From an uncultured virus (IMG/VR IMGVR_UViG_3300010342_000399) (lineage: Duplodnaviria; Heunggongvirae; Uroviricota; Caudoviricetes): 64,000 nucleotides of DNA. The notes under the pieces are model-generated. The model was not told the origin of the DNA. It ran no database searches and saw only the letters and a program-made list of their open reading frames with translations. Positions 21,039-31,300 of this stretch are shown here, piece by piece (the stretch's first letter is position 1; each line of letters begins with the position of its first letter). The DNA is taken from the IMG/VR virus record IMGVR_UViG_3300010342_000399; one strand, 5' to 3'. Both the position numbers and the translations under genes were made by a program.

Positions 21039-23714
21039 TTATGCATTTTTAGATGCTTGAACTTTTTGTTTTCTCATTTTATATACTTCTGAAGCCCTAT
21101 TAATGCTAGTTGCGTTTTTAGATGTTAAAATGATATTATCGTTTTTTATATCTATAGTTTCTAAATTAATATTTGAAATGCTTTGATTAGTTTGCTCTAA
21201 ATTTTGAAGTTGATTTAATGTTTCTTCTTTTTCTGTTATTGTCTTGCATATAGCAGCTTCTATTTCTAATTGTGTGTCTTTATGTTCTTCTTTTTTAGAT
21301 TTAATTTCATTTCTTATCTTACTTTCTCTTTCTAATCTTTCTCTATAAACATCAGCTGCATGTTGTTTTCTATATAAAGATCTTTCTTCTTCATGCCCTA
21401 ATAACGTATTTTGTGATTCTGTATCAAATTTAAGATATTCATTATCAAATATACAATTCTGAAATACTACTCCATCTTTTCCAATACGGCTCTTAAGTAA
21501 TGTAATATTTGCCAAATTATTTTCTTTTTGAGATAAACTTTTTGCAATTGAAATAACAACATGCCCCACTTGTGCCTTTTTAATTGATCCACCCATTTGA
21601 TCCGTTGTTACTATATCAGAATTTATACTCTCACGATTACCTTGAGTAGCTGTCCATACTGCTATATTAAATTCATCACCCATACCTTCCAGACTTCTCA
21701 TAATTGTGCCCTCACCTTTCCATTCTTCACCTTCAATTGTTCTTTCCATAGAAATACAATCAACGTAATCTAATACCAACATATCAATTTTTACATTTTG
21801 TGATTCTAGTTTTCTTAACCTATTTCTTATATCTGAAATTGAAACTCCAAAAGGTGGTAATTTTAATATTAAAAGACGATTTTTACGATCTTTTGTAATT
21901 TTTTCTACTAATGATATAACATCATCTTGTTTAGACAATTGATCATCACTTGAAATTTCCGTCCATATCGTATAATGTTTTTTGCGAATTTCTTTTATAT
22001 TGTCTTCAAACACTACATGTAAAACTGTAGCACCATAATTATATGCCGAATTAGCAAATTTTGTTAGTATTGTTGTATTATGAGTTAAAACATAATCTCT
22101 AGTAACATAAAGCTGGTCTTCATTTGAAACTTTTATACATAGTGCCTCTTCATCATGTGAGTATTTTATTGATTTAACATATTTTTGCTTAAAATATCTA
22201 GCCTTTGTTCGATAACTATTAATTTTATTTAATAATCTAAATGGTATTATATTATTATCAAATGAAAATGTTAAAATATATGATAATTTTCTGTTTTTCT
22301 GAGTTTTAGTATTTATTTTTATTATTCCTCCTAATGATAAAACTATTTCACGAATATTTTCAGATAAATCTTTTGATATTGTGGAAATTTGAAGAGTTCC
22401 ATTTTTATTTATATGACCATCAATATCCATTAATCCTTGCAATACTGATAATCTAACATCAATTGAATTGTATATATATTCTTTTGGTATAAATTTATTA
22501 TTCGATATTTTATCTAATAAATTATATATTTTTAATTTTTCTATTATGGATTTTAACGATAATTTATGTGTTATTTGAACATCACTTTTATAATGTTGAT
22601 TAAAAGATATTTGTTCGTCTAAATGTTTTATATTTTCAAATATTTCATCATCTTTTATCGATACATTTATGTCTGAACTATATGATAAACACTTATTACT
22701 CAATATTATACCAAGAAGATAAGGATCAATTAGCACCATATGATTTTCAAATTGTATTGGCTTAACAATAGGTAATTTATAATTATATCGGCTGCCCTTC
22801 TTAATATCTGACATCATATCAGATGTGCTAACTATTTTATAACTATAATTTGGATTTTTATCATTAGTATTATTTACTCTCCTATTCAATGTGCTAACAA
22901 CCCAAAGATGATCTAACCCGCAATTAACAAATGTTTTATCAGTGAATTCAACTTTATATATTGGTTTAACTCCTTGTGGATAAACACCAAGAACATATTG
23001 TTTTTTTCCATCAGAACCAATAATTTCATCACCTATTTTTAGCTCACCATTTTTTACCCATCCTTTTGGAGTAAGTACCGGCTCAGATATTGGTAACTCT
23101 TTTCCAATGCCTGTTGGTGCCAATACTATACCTAATTCACCTTTACTAATACCACCTTTAAGAAGAGCATCAAGACCATCAATTCCTGTTGGATATGGTA
23201 TTCTAGCCTCTTTTTGTAAAGATTCTAAAATATTATCAGTAATGTCTTCTATATCTTCTGTTGATATTCCGGTTTGTAATGCCTTAGTTATGATATTTTC
23301 AATCCTATCATATTCTTCAAATGCACCATTACGAATAATTTCTTCTGATTCTTTTAGAGCCTTTTTAACAACCTGTTGTCTACAAAACTTAAGTGATGTA
23401 TCTTTAATATATTTATCATCTTCTAAATAATACTCTTTAATAGATTTTAATGTATCCAGATGAACTTTAAGATTAACACTATCAGTATTTTCTACAAGTA
23501 TTTTTTGCTGTAATGTATCATAATTTGGAATTACTTTATATAAATCATATAATTCCTTAATATTTGTCATGAGATACCTAAAATATGGACCATCAAAATA
23601 TTTACTATCTATGACATCAATAATTGTTATTGCAAATTTTTTATCTTCTATAATGGTTTTTAGTAATCCTTGTTGAAATGAAATACCTAATTGGCCAAAA
23701 TTTTTATCACTCAT
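21039..23714 (-). CDS. dnaB: Replicative helicase (DnaB / T4 gp41-like) precursor containing an intein
   Basis: PTGIDGLD...GGISKGELGIVLAPTGIGK|intein|TT (Walker A), MLVLDYVD (Walker B), WTATQGNR and LLKSRIG. Confidence 0.92.
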   Translation of the reverse strand: MSDKNFGQLGISFQQGLLKTIIEDKKFAITIIDVIDSKYFDGPYFRYLMTNIKELYDLYKVIPNYDTLQQKILVENTDSVNLKVHLDTLKSIKEYYLEDDKYIKDTSLKFCRQQVVKKALKESEEIIRNGAFEEYDRIENIITKALQTGISTEDIEDITDNILESLQKEARIPYPTGIDGLDALLKGGISKGELGIVLAPTGIGKELPISEPVLTPKGWVKNGELKIGDEIIGSDGKKQYVLGVYPQGVKPIYKVEFTDKTFVNCGLDHLWVVSTLNRRVNNTNDKNPNYSYKIVSTSDMMSDIKKGSRYNYKLPIVKPIQFENHMVLIDPYLLGIILSNKCLSYSSDINVSIKDDEIFENIKHLDEQISFNQHYKSDVQITHKLSLKSIIEKLKIYNLLDKISNNKFIPKEYIYNSIDVRLSVLQGLMDIDGHINKNGTLQISTISKDLSENIREIVLSLGGIIKINTKTQKNRKLSYILTFSFDNNIIPFRLLNKINSYRTKARYFKQKYVKSIKYSHDEEALCIKVSNEDQLYVTRDYVLTHNTTILTKFANSAYNYGATVLHVVFEDNIKEIRKKHYTIWTEISSDDQLSKQDDVISLVEKITKDRKNRLLILKLPPFGVSISDIRNRLRKLESQNVKIDMLVLDYVDCISMERTIEGEEWKGEGTIMRSLEGMGDEFNIAVWTATQGNRESINSDIVTTDQMGGSIKKAQVGHVVISIAKSLSQKENNLANITLLKSRIGKDGVVFQNCIFDNEYLKFDTESQNTLLGHEEERSLYRKQHAADVYRERLERESKIRNEIKSKKEEHKDTQLEIEAAICKTITEKEETLNQLQNLEQTNQSISNINLETIDIKNDNIILTSKNATSINRASEVYKMRKQKVQASKNA
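22077..23099 (-). mobile_element. Class 3 intein (341 aa) with a degenerate LAGLIDADG homing endonuclease
   Basis: Inserted between K and T of Walker A. Begins ELPISEPVLTPKGW and ends VLTHN/T. Has the W (DHLW), C (ALCIKV) and T (THN) triplet, and the LQGLMDIDG motif. Confidence 0.9.
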
Positions 23715-23739
23715 ACCTACCTATTCCTTCAATTTTAAT

Positions 23740-24186
23740 TTATCCTAGTTCATATTCTAGATATGTTTTGGTTAAATTTTTAGCAGAAAGTACATCACTC
23801 AATTCTGCTAAAATTTTTCTTACTTTAGGTCTAATGTCTACCGCATATCTCACTTTTGGATGAAATATGTGTGCTGGAAATATTCTAGAAATAAATACTT
23901 CTTCATTATGTTTTATTTGTAATAAAAAATACTCTTCTTTAATTTCAATTGATTCATTTTCGTCAAATAAATCAAAGTAATAGTCCTCATTTTCACACAT
24001 ATATTCAATTGTCTTTGTCTTTAATTCTTTTGAAATTTCATCACATATATTTGTTACACAATAATATAAATCTAAAGAATTTTTCGACTCTGGATTATAA
24101 TTCATTACGTTAAAAAATCTTTGTATAACAATATTTTTTTCTAACGTTAATATAAATTCGAATTTAGTGATTTCTTGATTTTGCAT
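23740..24186 (-). CDS. Hypothetical protein in the replication cluster
   Basis: 148-aa ATG ORF tightly packed between the exonuclease and helicase genes. Confidence 0.75.
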   Translation of the reverse strand: MQNQEITKFEFILTLEKNIVIQRFFNVMNYNPESKNSLDLYYCVTNICDEISKELKTKTIEYMCENEDYYFDLFDENESIEIKEEYFLLQIKHNEEVFISRIFPAHIFHPKVRYAVDIRPKVRKILAELSDVLSAKNLTKTYLEYELG

Positions 24187-24191
24187 AATTA

Positions 24192-25205
24192 TTATTTTTT
24201 AAAGTTTATATATCGTCTATTTTTTTCTTTTCGAGTTAATCTAAGAAATGGATTTAAAAATTTTATCCAAGCATCATCTGATTTCGGAAGTACATTAAAT
24301 ATACCATCATCTATCATCATTTTCATGGTATTTTTATATGATCTTCCTTCAGGATCTAATGTTTCATTTATCAATTTAATTATATCTTCCTTAGCCTCTT
24401 CAGTTAAAATTGGATTTTCTAGATTTACTATTTTATTATTAATTTCATAAAATTCTTCACCAAAAACACCGTACCTTGTTACTCCTGTTAATAAGTTTTG
24501 TATAAGTTTATTATCTTTATCTTGTTCAAAAAGAAAATTGGCTTTATGTTTAATGTAATCAAGAGTAAGTGGTTGTGTTAATATTTCAGGAAAAAGAACC
24601 TTAAGTTTTTTAACACCTAAATTTCGTATTCCTGCTATATCATCTGAATGATCACCACACAACATTTTAACTAATTTGATATTTTCAATAAGAAATTCTT
24701 CATAATTATACAAAAAAACATCTTTTGGCTTATAAAGTTTTTTGTGTGAAGGATTATATAAATGTGTATCTTTAGAAACAAGTTGCGTTAAATCACCATC
24801 TGATGAAAATATAATCTTTTTTTCATTTGGAGAATTTTGTACATAATATGCTATACAATCATCAGTTTCACAATACATATATTCTCCTTGCCTGACATAT
24901 ACTTCTTCAAGATATTGTTTTATTCTATTTCTTTGGTAATTATATGAACTAATTTCTGATTCGGTCTTTAATCTCGATTTTCTATTTTCTTTATAACGAC
25001 TATATATTTTTTTTCTTAATAATGATCCGTCTTCACCATCCCAAAATACACAAATTTTATCAAGATGATAATTTTCAAACAATATTCGAAGTGCATTTAA
25101 AAAATGGTATATACCACCAATATGCTCACCTTTATAAAAATAATTTTTTACACCATAAAACCCAATAGTGAGCAAATTATCACCATCAACAACCAAAGTT
25201 GTCAT
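24192..25205 (-). CDS. 5'-3' exonuclease / flap endonuclease (T4 RNase H / PolA N-terminal-like)
   Basis: Motifs LVVDGDNL, FWDG, YKENR, ETDDCIA, SSDGDLTQL and GDHSDDIAGIRNLG. Confidence 0.92.
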   Translation of the reverse strand: MTTLVVDGDNLLTIGFYGVKNYFYKGEHIGGIYHFLNALRILFENYHLDKICVFWDGEDGSLLRKKIYSRYKENRKSRLKTESEISSYNYQRNRIKQYLEEVYVRQGEYMYCETDDCIAYYVQNSPNEKKIIFSSDGDLTQLVSKDTHLYNPSHKKLYKPKDVFLYNYEEFLIENIKLVKMLCGDHSDDIAGIRNLGVKKLKVLFPEILTQPLTLDYIKHKANFLFEQDKDNKLIQNLLTGVTRYGVFGEEFYEINNKIVNLENPILTEEAKEDIIKLINETLDPEGRSYKNTMKMMIDDGIFNVLPKSDDAWIKFLNPFLRLTRKEKNRRYINFKK

Positions 25206-25224
25206 TATATCCCAATTTTTATTA

Positions 25225-26244
25225 TTACAATTCTTCTAGGATTTCTTTGCCAATTTCGGCATCGGCTATTTCATCTACAGACACACCTAATCCAGCACTA
25301 ATATATTGAGCATATTTTTTCTTATATTCATCTAATGAAGATTTTTTATCAGCATCTGTTCTACATTTCATAAAATCATGTGCAGTAATCATAATTTTAC
25401 CATCTGCGTATCCTAATCCATTTATATGATTTTTAAGCACACTAACTTTTGTAATTGTCGCTATTTTTATAGTTCTTCCATTCTTAGTTATTGGAACTTT
25501 ATAAATTCCGGCATTTTTTTCATTACCAAATAAGTAAACCAAGGTTGAATTTAACCAAATGGCTTCACCACCTTTAGCCTTAATTTTTGGCTGTCCATAT
25601 ATATTTTCTGGTAATTCTACCCAAGGTTGATTACATATAATCAATGTATTAGTATACTTTTCTTCTGATCTTCTAGATCCTGTAATTCTTTGATTTAATC
25701 CCATTCCTATTTTATCGGCTAAGACCGCGGCATTATGTTGCTTCCCACCCTTACCATCATATGTCATTTTACAAGGTATTGATCCAACAGAATCCCAGAA
25801 AAAACATATATCTTTATTTATTTCTCCCTTTATTTGTATATCTAATAATTCATTAATAAAATCAGTAACTTGTTCAATCCATTTAAAATCATTATTAAAA
25901 ATAAAATTACCATAATAACTTATATTTCCGGTTGTTGAATCTATTTCTTCCTCATATTCTAATCCCATTAATTTTGCATGAGAAAAATCCCATTTTTGTT
26001 CTGTAACTATAAAAACCGGTAAAATATCTTTTCTTAAACAATCTATTGCTGTTTTAATTAATGCTGTTGTTTTTCCTGTATCTGAATGTCCAAGAAACAT
26101 ATTTATATGTCCCATAGCGGGTCCTGGAAGTCCCGTAGCATCTAAAAATGCATCACCCAAATCAAAAAATCTTTGAGGTTTATATGATGCAGTTGATGAA
26201 TATTTTTTTAAAACTGCCGAAAAATCATTTTTCTTTATTGCCAT
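25225..26244 (-). CDS. uvsX: RecA-family recombinase (UvsX-like)
   Basis: Walker A GHSDTGKT, FFWDSVGS, IICNQ, KGGEA and KNHING. Confidence 0.88.
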   Translation of the reverse strand: MAIKKNDFSAVLKKYSSTASYKPQRFFDLGDAFLDATGLPGPAMGHINMFLGHSDTGKTTALIKTAIDCLRKDILPVFIVTEQKWDFSHAKLMGLEYEEEIDSTTGNISYYGNFIFNNDFKWIEQVTDFINELLDIQIKGEINKDICFFWDSVGSIPCKMTYDGKGGKQHNAAVLADKIGMGLNQRITGSRRSEEKYTNTLIICNQPWVELPENIYGQPKIKAKGGEAIWLNSTLVYLFGNEKNAGIYKVPITKNGRTIKIATITKVSVLKNHINGLGYADGKIMITAHDFMKCRTDADKKSSLDEYKKKYAQYISAGLGVSVDEIADAEIGKEILEEL

Positions 26245-26394
26245 TTTATATATTTTATCTTTTATTCCACAAAATTAAACAAGTTCCAAATTCTTGAAAA
26301 ACATCACAAAAGAGGCAGGATCGAGATCAATAGTACCTATCACTTTTCTTGATGCATCTACAAATTGATATACCTATCATAATAAAATTTTTAA

Positions 26395-26425
26395 AATGCC
26401 CGTGTCTTTTGGACACGGGCTTATT
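26395..26425 (-). terminator. Intrinsic terminator after the SSB gene
   Basis: Perfect 9-bp GC-rich stem GCCCGTGTC/GACACGGGC with a 5-nt loop immediately after the stop codon. Confidence 0.75.
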
Positions 26426-26430
26426 TTATC

Positions 26431-27273
26431 TTAGAATGGAAGATCCTCATCAGAATCTTCTTCTTCTTGTGGGTCTTCTGATATATATTCAGATTGTTGC
26501 GCAACATCATCCATGGCTTCTATTTGCGAACTTGATATCCATTTATTAGTATTTTGATCCCATTTCGGTGTTTCTCCATTAGCAACAATATCTAAATAAT
26601 CATCTGACTTTTTTGAATAAACATCGGACCATACTAACGAATCATCGATCCAACTTTTTAGTCGTTCTTCATTAGTAGATAAAGGACTCGGATCTTCAGG
26701 AATAATTGAACTAATCGTTGTATACTCTTTACCACTACCCGATTTAATAATACTTAACGAAAGTGTTAAATCTCTACCATTAATGATATCAGTAATATCT
26801 CCTCTACTTTTAAATATGGGAAATATTTTGTCTAATACTCCATCACTTTTTGAATTATGTTTAAATCTCCAGAATTTAGGACCATCATCCTCATGTTCTC
26901 TATCTATAACTTTTACAATATAATACTTACGAGCACGATAATTTTTTGCTAATTCTTTATCGGACTCAATACCTGTATCCAATAAACTTTGATAAACTTC
27001 ATTTAATGGTGATCTTTTACCCTCCTGTTTTGGATCATAAAGTTTCATCCATTTTCCATCTACTTGTATTTCATGGAAATAAACCTCAACAAAAGGTGAC
27101 GAACCATCTTTAGTCGGTAAAATACGAATTCTTCTTGTTTGATCTGTAACACCTTTTGGTAAAACTGTTGTAAAATACTTCTTCATGCGCTCATCTTGTG
27201 ATGCAAATTTGTTGCCGCTTGCGGCTTTTTTGTTTCTTTCGTACTGTTCTTGTACTGATTCAAATATACCCAT
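26431..27273 (-). CDS. Single-stranded DNA-binding protein (T4 gp32-like)
   Basis: RIRILP...PFVEVYFH, YYIVKVIDR, DITDIINGRDL and an acidic tail ending DEDLPF. Confidence 0.85.
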   Translation of the reverse strand: MGIFESVQEQYERNKKAASGNKFASQDERMKKYFTTVLPKGVTDQTRRIRILPTKDGSSPFVEVYFHEIQVDGKWMKLYDPKQEGKRSPLNEVYQSLLDTGIESDKELAKNYRARKYYIVKVIDREHEDDGPKFWRFKHNSKSDGVLDKIFPIFKSRGDITDIINGRDLTLSLSIIKSGSGKEYTTISSIIPEDPSPLSTNEERLKSWIDDSLVWSDVYSKKSDDYLDIVANGETPKWDQNTNKWISSSQIEAMDDVAQQSEYISEDPQEEEDSDEDLPF

Positions 27274-27309
27274 AATTGTAAAATTTTAATAAAAATGTTA
27301 ATTAACAAT

Positions 27310-27348
27310 CAAAATATACATAAAAAAAGCCTGATTACCAAACCAGGC
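27310..27348 (-). promoter_or_regulatory. Host-type promoter for ssb overlapping a terminator hairpin
   Basis: Minus strand TTTG-N20-TATATTTTG. The same bases form AGCCTG...CAGGCT followed by T7. Confidence 0.55.
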
Positions 27349-27387
27349 TCTCCTTTTTTTATAATTTTTCAAAATTATTTATCACAA

Positions 27388-28035
27388 TTAAAAGTTATAA
27401 TCATTCTCAAAGGCTTTTGGATTAAAAGATTTCATAATTTCATACTTACCATAATTTTCAATATCATTTTTAGTTAATATATATTCATTTTTACCAGAAG
27501 CTCTCATTTCTTCCTGTTTATTATTAAAAAATTCACTTGGATTTTGACTAAATGGATACGAATCTAATGACCTCAATTCTAGTTTTTCTACTGGCGTTTT
27601 TGGCCTAGTTTTTTCAATTTCACTACTTAATTGATCTATTTTTGCTATAACATTATCCATTTCCCCTAATTTTGTTTCTAATTCTCCTAACTTATTAAAA
27701 ACATTATCCATTTTTTCAATTACGTCCACTTCTGCTTTTGGTTGAGTATCAAGTTGTTTTTTAATACTTTTAGTCATATTAACTAAATCTGTGATATCTA
27801 TTTCTTCAGTAGTATCATCTAATTCGGCCGCAGAACCAGTTGCAACTTCAGGAGGAGTTTCAGTATCTCCCGTCATTTTGGGCATATTCATAGATCCACC
27901 TTCTGGAGATAAGTTAGAAATATCTCCTCCGGGTAGCGGTGGAATCGGAGCTTCTTGTTCAATTATATATTTTTCGGCATATCTGTTTATTGCCCAAAAA
28001 CGTTTTACTTCTTCATTAATATTTTTCATTTTCAT
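27388..28035 (-). CDS. Hypothetical protein (coiled coil, Pro-rich region), possibly head/scaffold-associated
   Basis: 215 aa. N-terminal NINEEVKRF motif, acidic Pro-rich linker, heptad region. Confidence 0.7.
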   Translation of the reverse strand: MKMKNINEEVKRFWAINRYAEKYIIEQEAPIPPLPGGDISNLSPEGGSMNMPKMTGDTETPPEVATGSAAELDDTTEEIDITDLVNMTKSIKKQLDTQPKAEVDVIEKMDNVFNKLGELETKLGEMDNVIAKIDQLSSEIEKTRPKTPVEKLELRSLDSYPFSQNPSEFFNNKQEEMRASGKNEYILTKNDIENYGKYEIMKSFNPKAFENDYNF

Positions 28036-28048
28036 AATTAAAAATTTA

Positions 28049-28276
28049 TTAATCTTGTAATAATAATCTACCGTCTTCGGTTATATATTTTTTATTAACT
28101 CTTTCAATCAATCCATCCATTAACCTCAGGATATGACATTCACCTGTTTCAAGGTCACATATAGTTTCTTCCATACCATCATCTGAAATTTTCTTAATAA
28201 CGGTACTCTTTTTTAAAAAGTCTTCTACGGTACTCTTTTTTAAAAAGTCTTCTAATGTTTTACTTATATTATCCAT
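28049..28276 (-). CDS. Hypothetical protein
   Basis: 75-aa ATG ORF with CDLETGEC and an internal 9-aa duplication. Confidence 0.7.
   Translation of the reverse strand: MDNISKTLEDFLKKSTVEDFLKKSTVIKKISDDGMEETICDLETGECHILRLMDGLIERVNKKYITEDGRLLLQD
28200..28253. repeat. Exact 27-bp tandem duplication (in frame, EDFLKKSTV x2)
   Basis: ACGGTACTCTTTTTTAAAAAGTCTTCT occurs twice in tandem. Confidence 0.95.
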
Positions 28277-28302
28277 CTTTACATTTTTATATAAATATCA
28301 TA

Positions 28303-31300
28303 TTATTTAGTTAAATTAAAATATACAATATCATCATTAAATAAATCTAATTTTTTCATTAAAGATTTTGATAAAGCAATACCATATCCTTCAATACTCG
28401 GACCAACATTAACTGGTCCAACATATGTTTTTGATGGACCATTTAAAAAATTTACCATTCTAAAATACTTATTATTTTTAGGATTTAAAAATTCTGTATT
28501 TATATAACCCGCAGAATCTGTTAATATAATAAAACCATCTTTACTACGAGGTATTTTATTTAAATCAAATTTAGTTTCATATATATAATTAGATTTTAAT
28601 GAATCATATATATCAGACCATTTTACGTTTCCAGATAATCTAGTTCCAGATGCAATACTCATACTACGATCTGGAGGAATTTTATATTTAGGCGAATCCA
28701 TTTCAACAACTCTTGCCCTTAACCAAGTTTTTTTATTATACTCTATTTTCGTAATTTCAGGTTGGTTGCCCGCACCATTAAATGGTATTCCATATGGCTC
28801 ATATCCTCCATGTTTTTCAACCATAGTTTCACCAGGAAGAAGTTTACCATGTAAATCATACGTATTAACACCATTATTTGTTATTGTTTGTTGCGTTTTA
28901 GTTGTTTCAGTAAGATTATGACCCTCTTTTACTATTCTTACTGCTTCTTTTATCACTTTATCAAATAATGGTCTATAACTAGCCATAAATGAATCTTCTG
29001 GTTTAGGTAATGCCAATTGAGGTATTCTTGTACCTTTAAACATTGTTTCGATGCCTGTTGACCTAATATTATGAGTTACTTCAGTAATCCAATATGAACC
29101 TCTAAACATCGGAACATTTTTTAAATAAAAATACATAGTTGGCTGTATCATAACATTTCCCATAGATGTTACAGTACATTGATATGATGCTTGCCTATAT
29201 ATATTCCACAATCCAATGTCTACTTGAGCAGTACTTGTTCCACCTTCACTGCGTCCTAATTGCTCATACACATAGAATGATTCTGAAGTATTTCTTATTG
29301 TAGATTGATCTAATTCTAATCCTTTAAAAATTGATTGATTTTGATCACCAAAACTTACTTCAAAAGCAACTACTTTATTTGATTTTGTAAAATCTGTAGA
29401 TGCAAAAATATCGTCAGAAACAATAATGGGGTTATTATTAGTATCACCAATATCAAACCCATCATTATTAAACAAATAATTTTTATTTTTATTTATAATA
29501 TCTGACATTTCAGGATGTTTAGATGTTGGCCCAATATATTGTAATATTATTTTTGGTGTAGCTTCTTGATAATCCACATCTAAAAATGAACCAAACATAC
29601 TTCTAGCAATATCTCTAGATGGTGTAATTCGTAGAGCACTAGTAGCACTAGTTCCATAAAAATTAACATATGCAGGTAATGCTCTAATATCAAACCCAGT
29701 ATCTTGAATTAATAAACTAATTGCGCTATATAAATTAATGCCAGCATTCTCACTTAATCCTAGTCTTATAAATTTAGATAAATCAATAAAAACTTTTTGT
29801 CCAATATCTTTATTAGCCCTATCCAAAAAAAGAAACTCTTCTATTAATAATCGTTGTCCAATAGAATTACCTGCTATCCATTTATCATTAAAAGATTTGA
29901 AATAATTATATGTTTCTAATTTTAATGTTTGTTCATCATTGTGTCCTCTTAATATTGATGAACTTCGTTCTTCTATTACATCACCATTAAGATTATGTTG
30001 AATTTTATGTATAAGATATGTTAAATAATTATTTAATCTTTGTGCTGGCGGTTTTACTCCTAGTGTTGATGGTGGATTTATTATATTATTATTAACATAA
30101 TTAATAAATTCATCATGTGATGGATTTTCTCCTTCAGCTCTTAATCCCGCATACATATATATTAATGGTCTAAACTGTTTAATATTTTCTTCATTTAATT
30201 CAATATTATTAACTCTAAAAAAATCTTGATAATATCCATCCATATCTTCACCTAAATAAAGTTCAATATTACCAAGATTTGTTAGAATTTGCCCTATATT
30301 ATATGAATTCAATGAAAAATGTTTAACATTAACACCAGTAAATCCTCCAAATAAATAATCATCATGTTCTCTCGGATTTGAAATTGAAAGCTTAATTAGA
30401 TTATCTTTCATCTGAAGTTGAGCTGTAATATCTGACAATTTATTTAATTGTTTAATTTTTAAACTTTTAAGTAATTCTACATTATTTGTTTCATCTGTAT
30501 TCTCTTTTTTTACTGATACTATAGCATTTAATAAATCTTGAAATCTTGTATATGAAACTTTGTATGGTGTATATGAAATATTTTCATTTAATTTCTCACT
30601 ACAAAAATTTAAAAATGCAGATTCAAATACATCTAATATATCTGGTTTAAATGTTGCAATTAAATCAATAATTTTTTTATAATTTGACGAAATAGAAAAT
30701 TCATTTTTTATTGTTCTAATATATTCTTTATAATTGGGAAATGAATAACGAGTATAATCAATATTTGTATCACCAATAACAAAATCTGTTCCCACACCCC
30801 ATATAACTCTAAAATTTTCCTGTTCTGCTAATATAAAATCAGTTGCATCCACAGGATTCATTCCATTAGTCGGTAACAAAACATATCTTTGATCATTACT
30901 ATCAAATTTAGATTCATCTATAACCGTTGACCATGTATTTGCTCCAACAGCAACTCCACTACAAGATCTAATCGTACCGTTTGATACCGCATTAGAATAA
31001 CTATTATCTGGTAAATCAATATTGTAAAAACCATATCCATTTACTATTTGATGAAAAATAGTTTCATAATATGGATGAAACCCTATATCAGATGTAGTAG
31101 ATTCACTTATAGATTTACCACCATATAATCCAGTAAATGTAACTCCTTGTTTATTATCAAAAAATAAATTTGATTCAATTCTATTTATTATACCATTAAT
31201 AATATCAACGCCATCATTTATATATTTTTTATATCGATGATAAATTGAACCCCATTTTAATATTAAATAATATGGAATAAAATGTGTCGAGCCTAGTTCT

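Noticed and set aside
26250..26385. Possible small gene or RNA between ssb and uvsX
   Set aside because: The ATG frame closes after 17 codons, the longer frames lack an upstream start, and no convincing RNA structure is visible. It might be a decayed ORF but cannot be supported.
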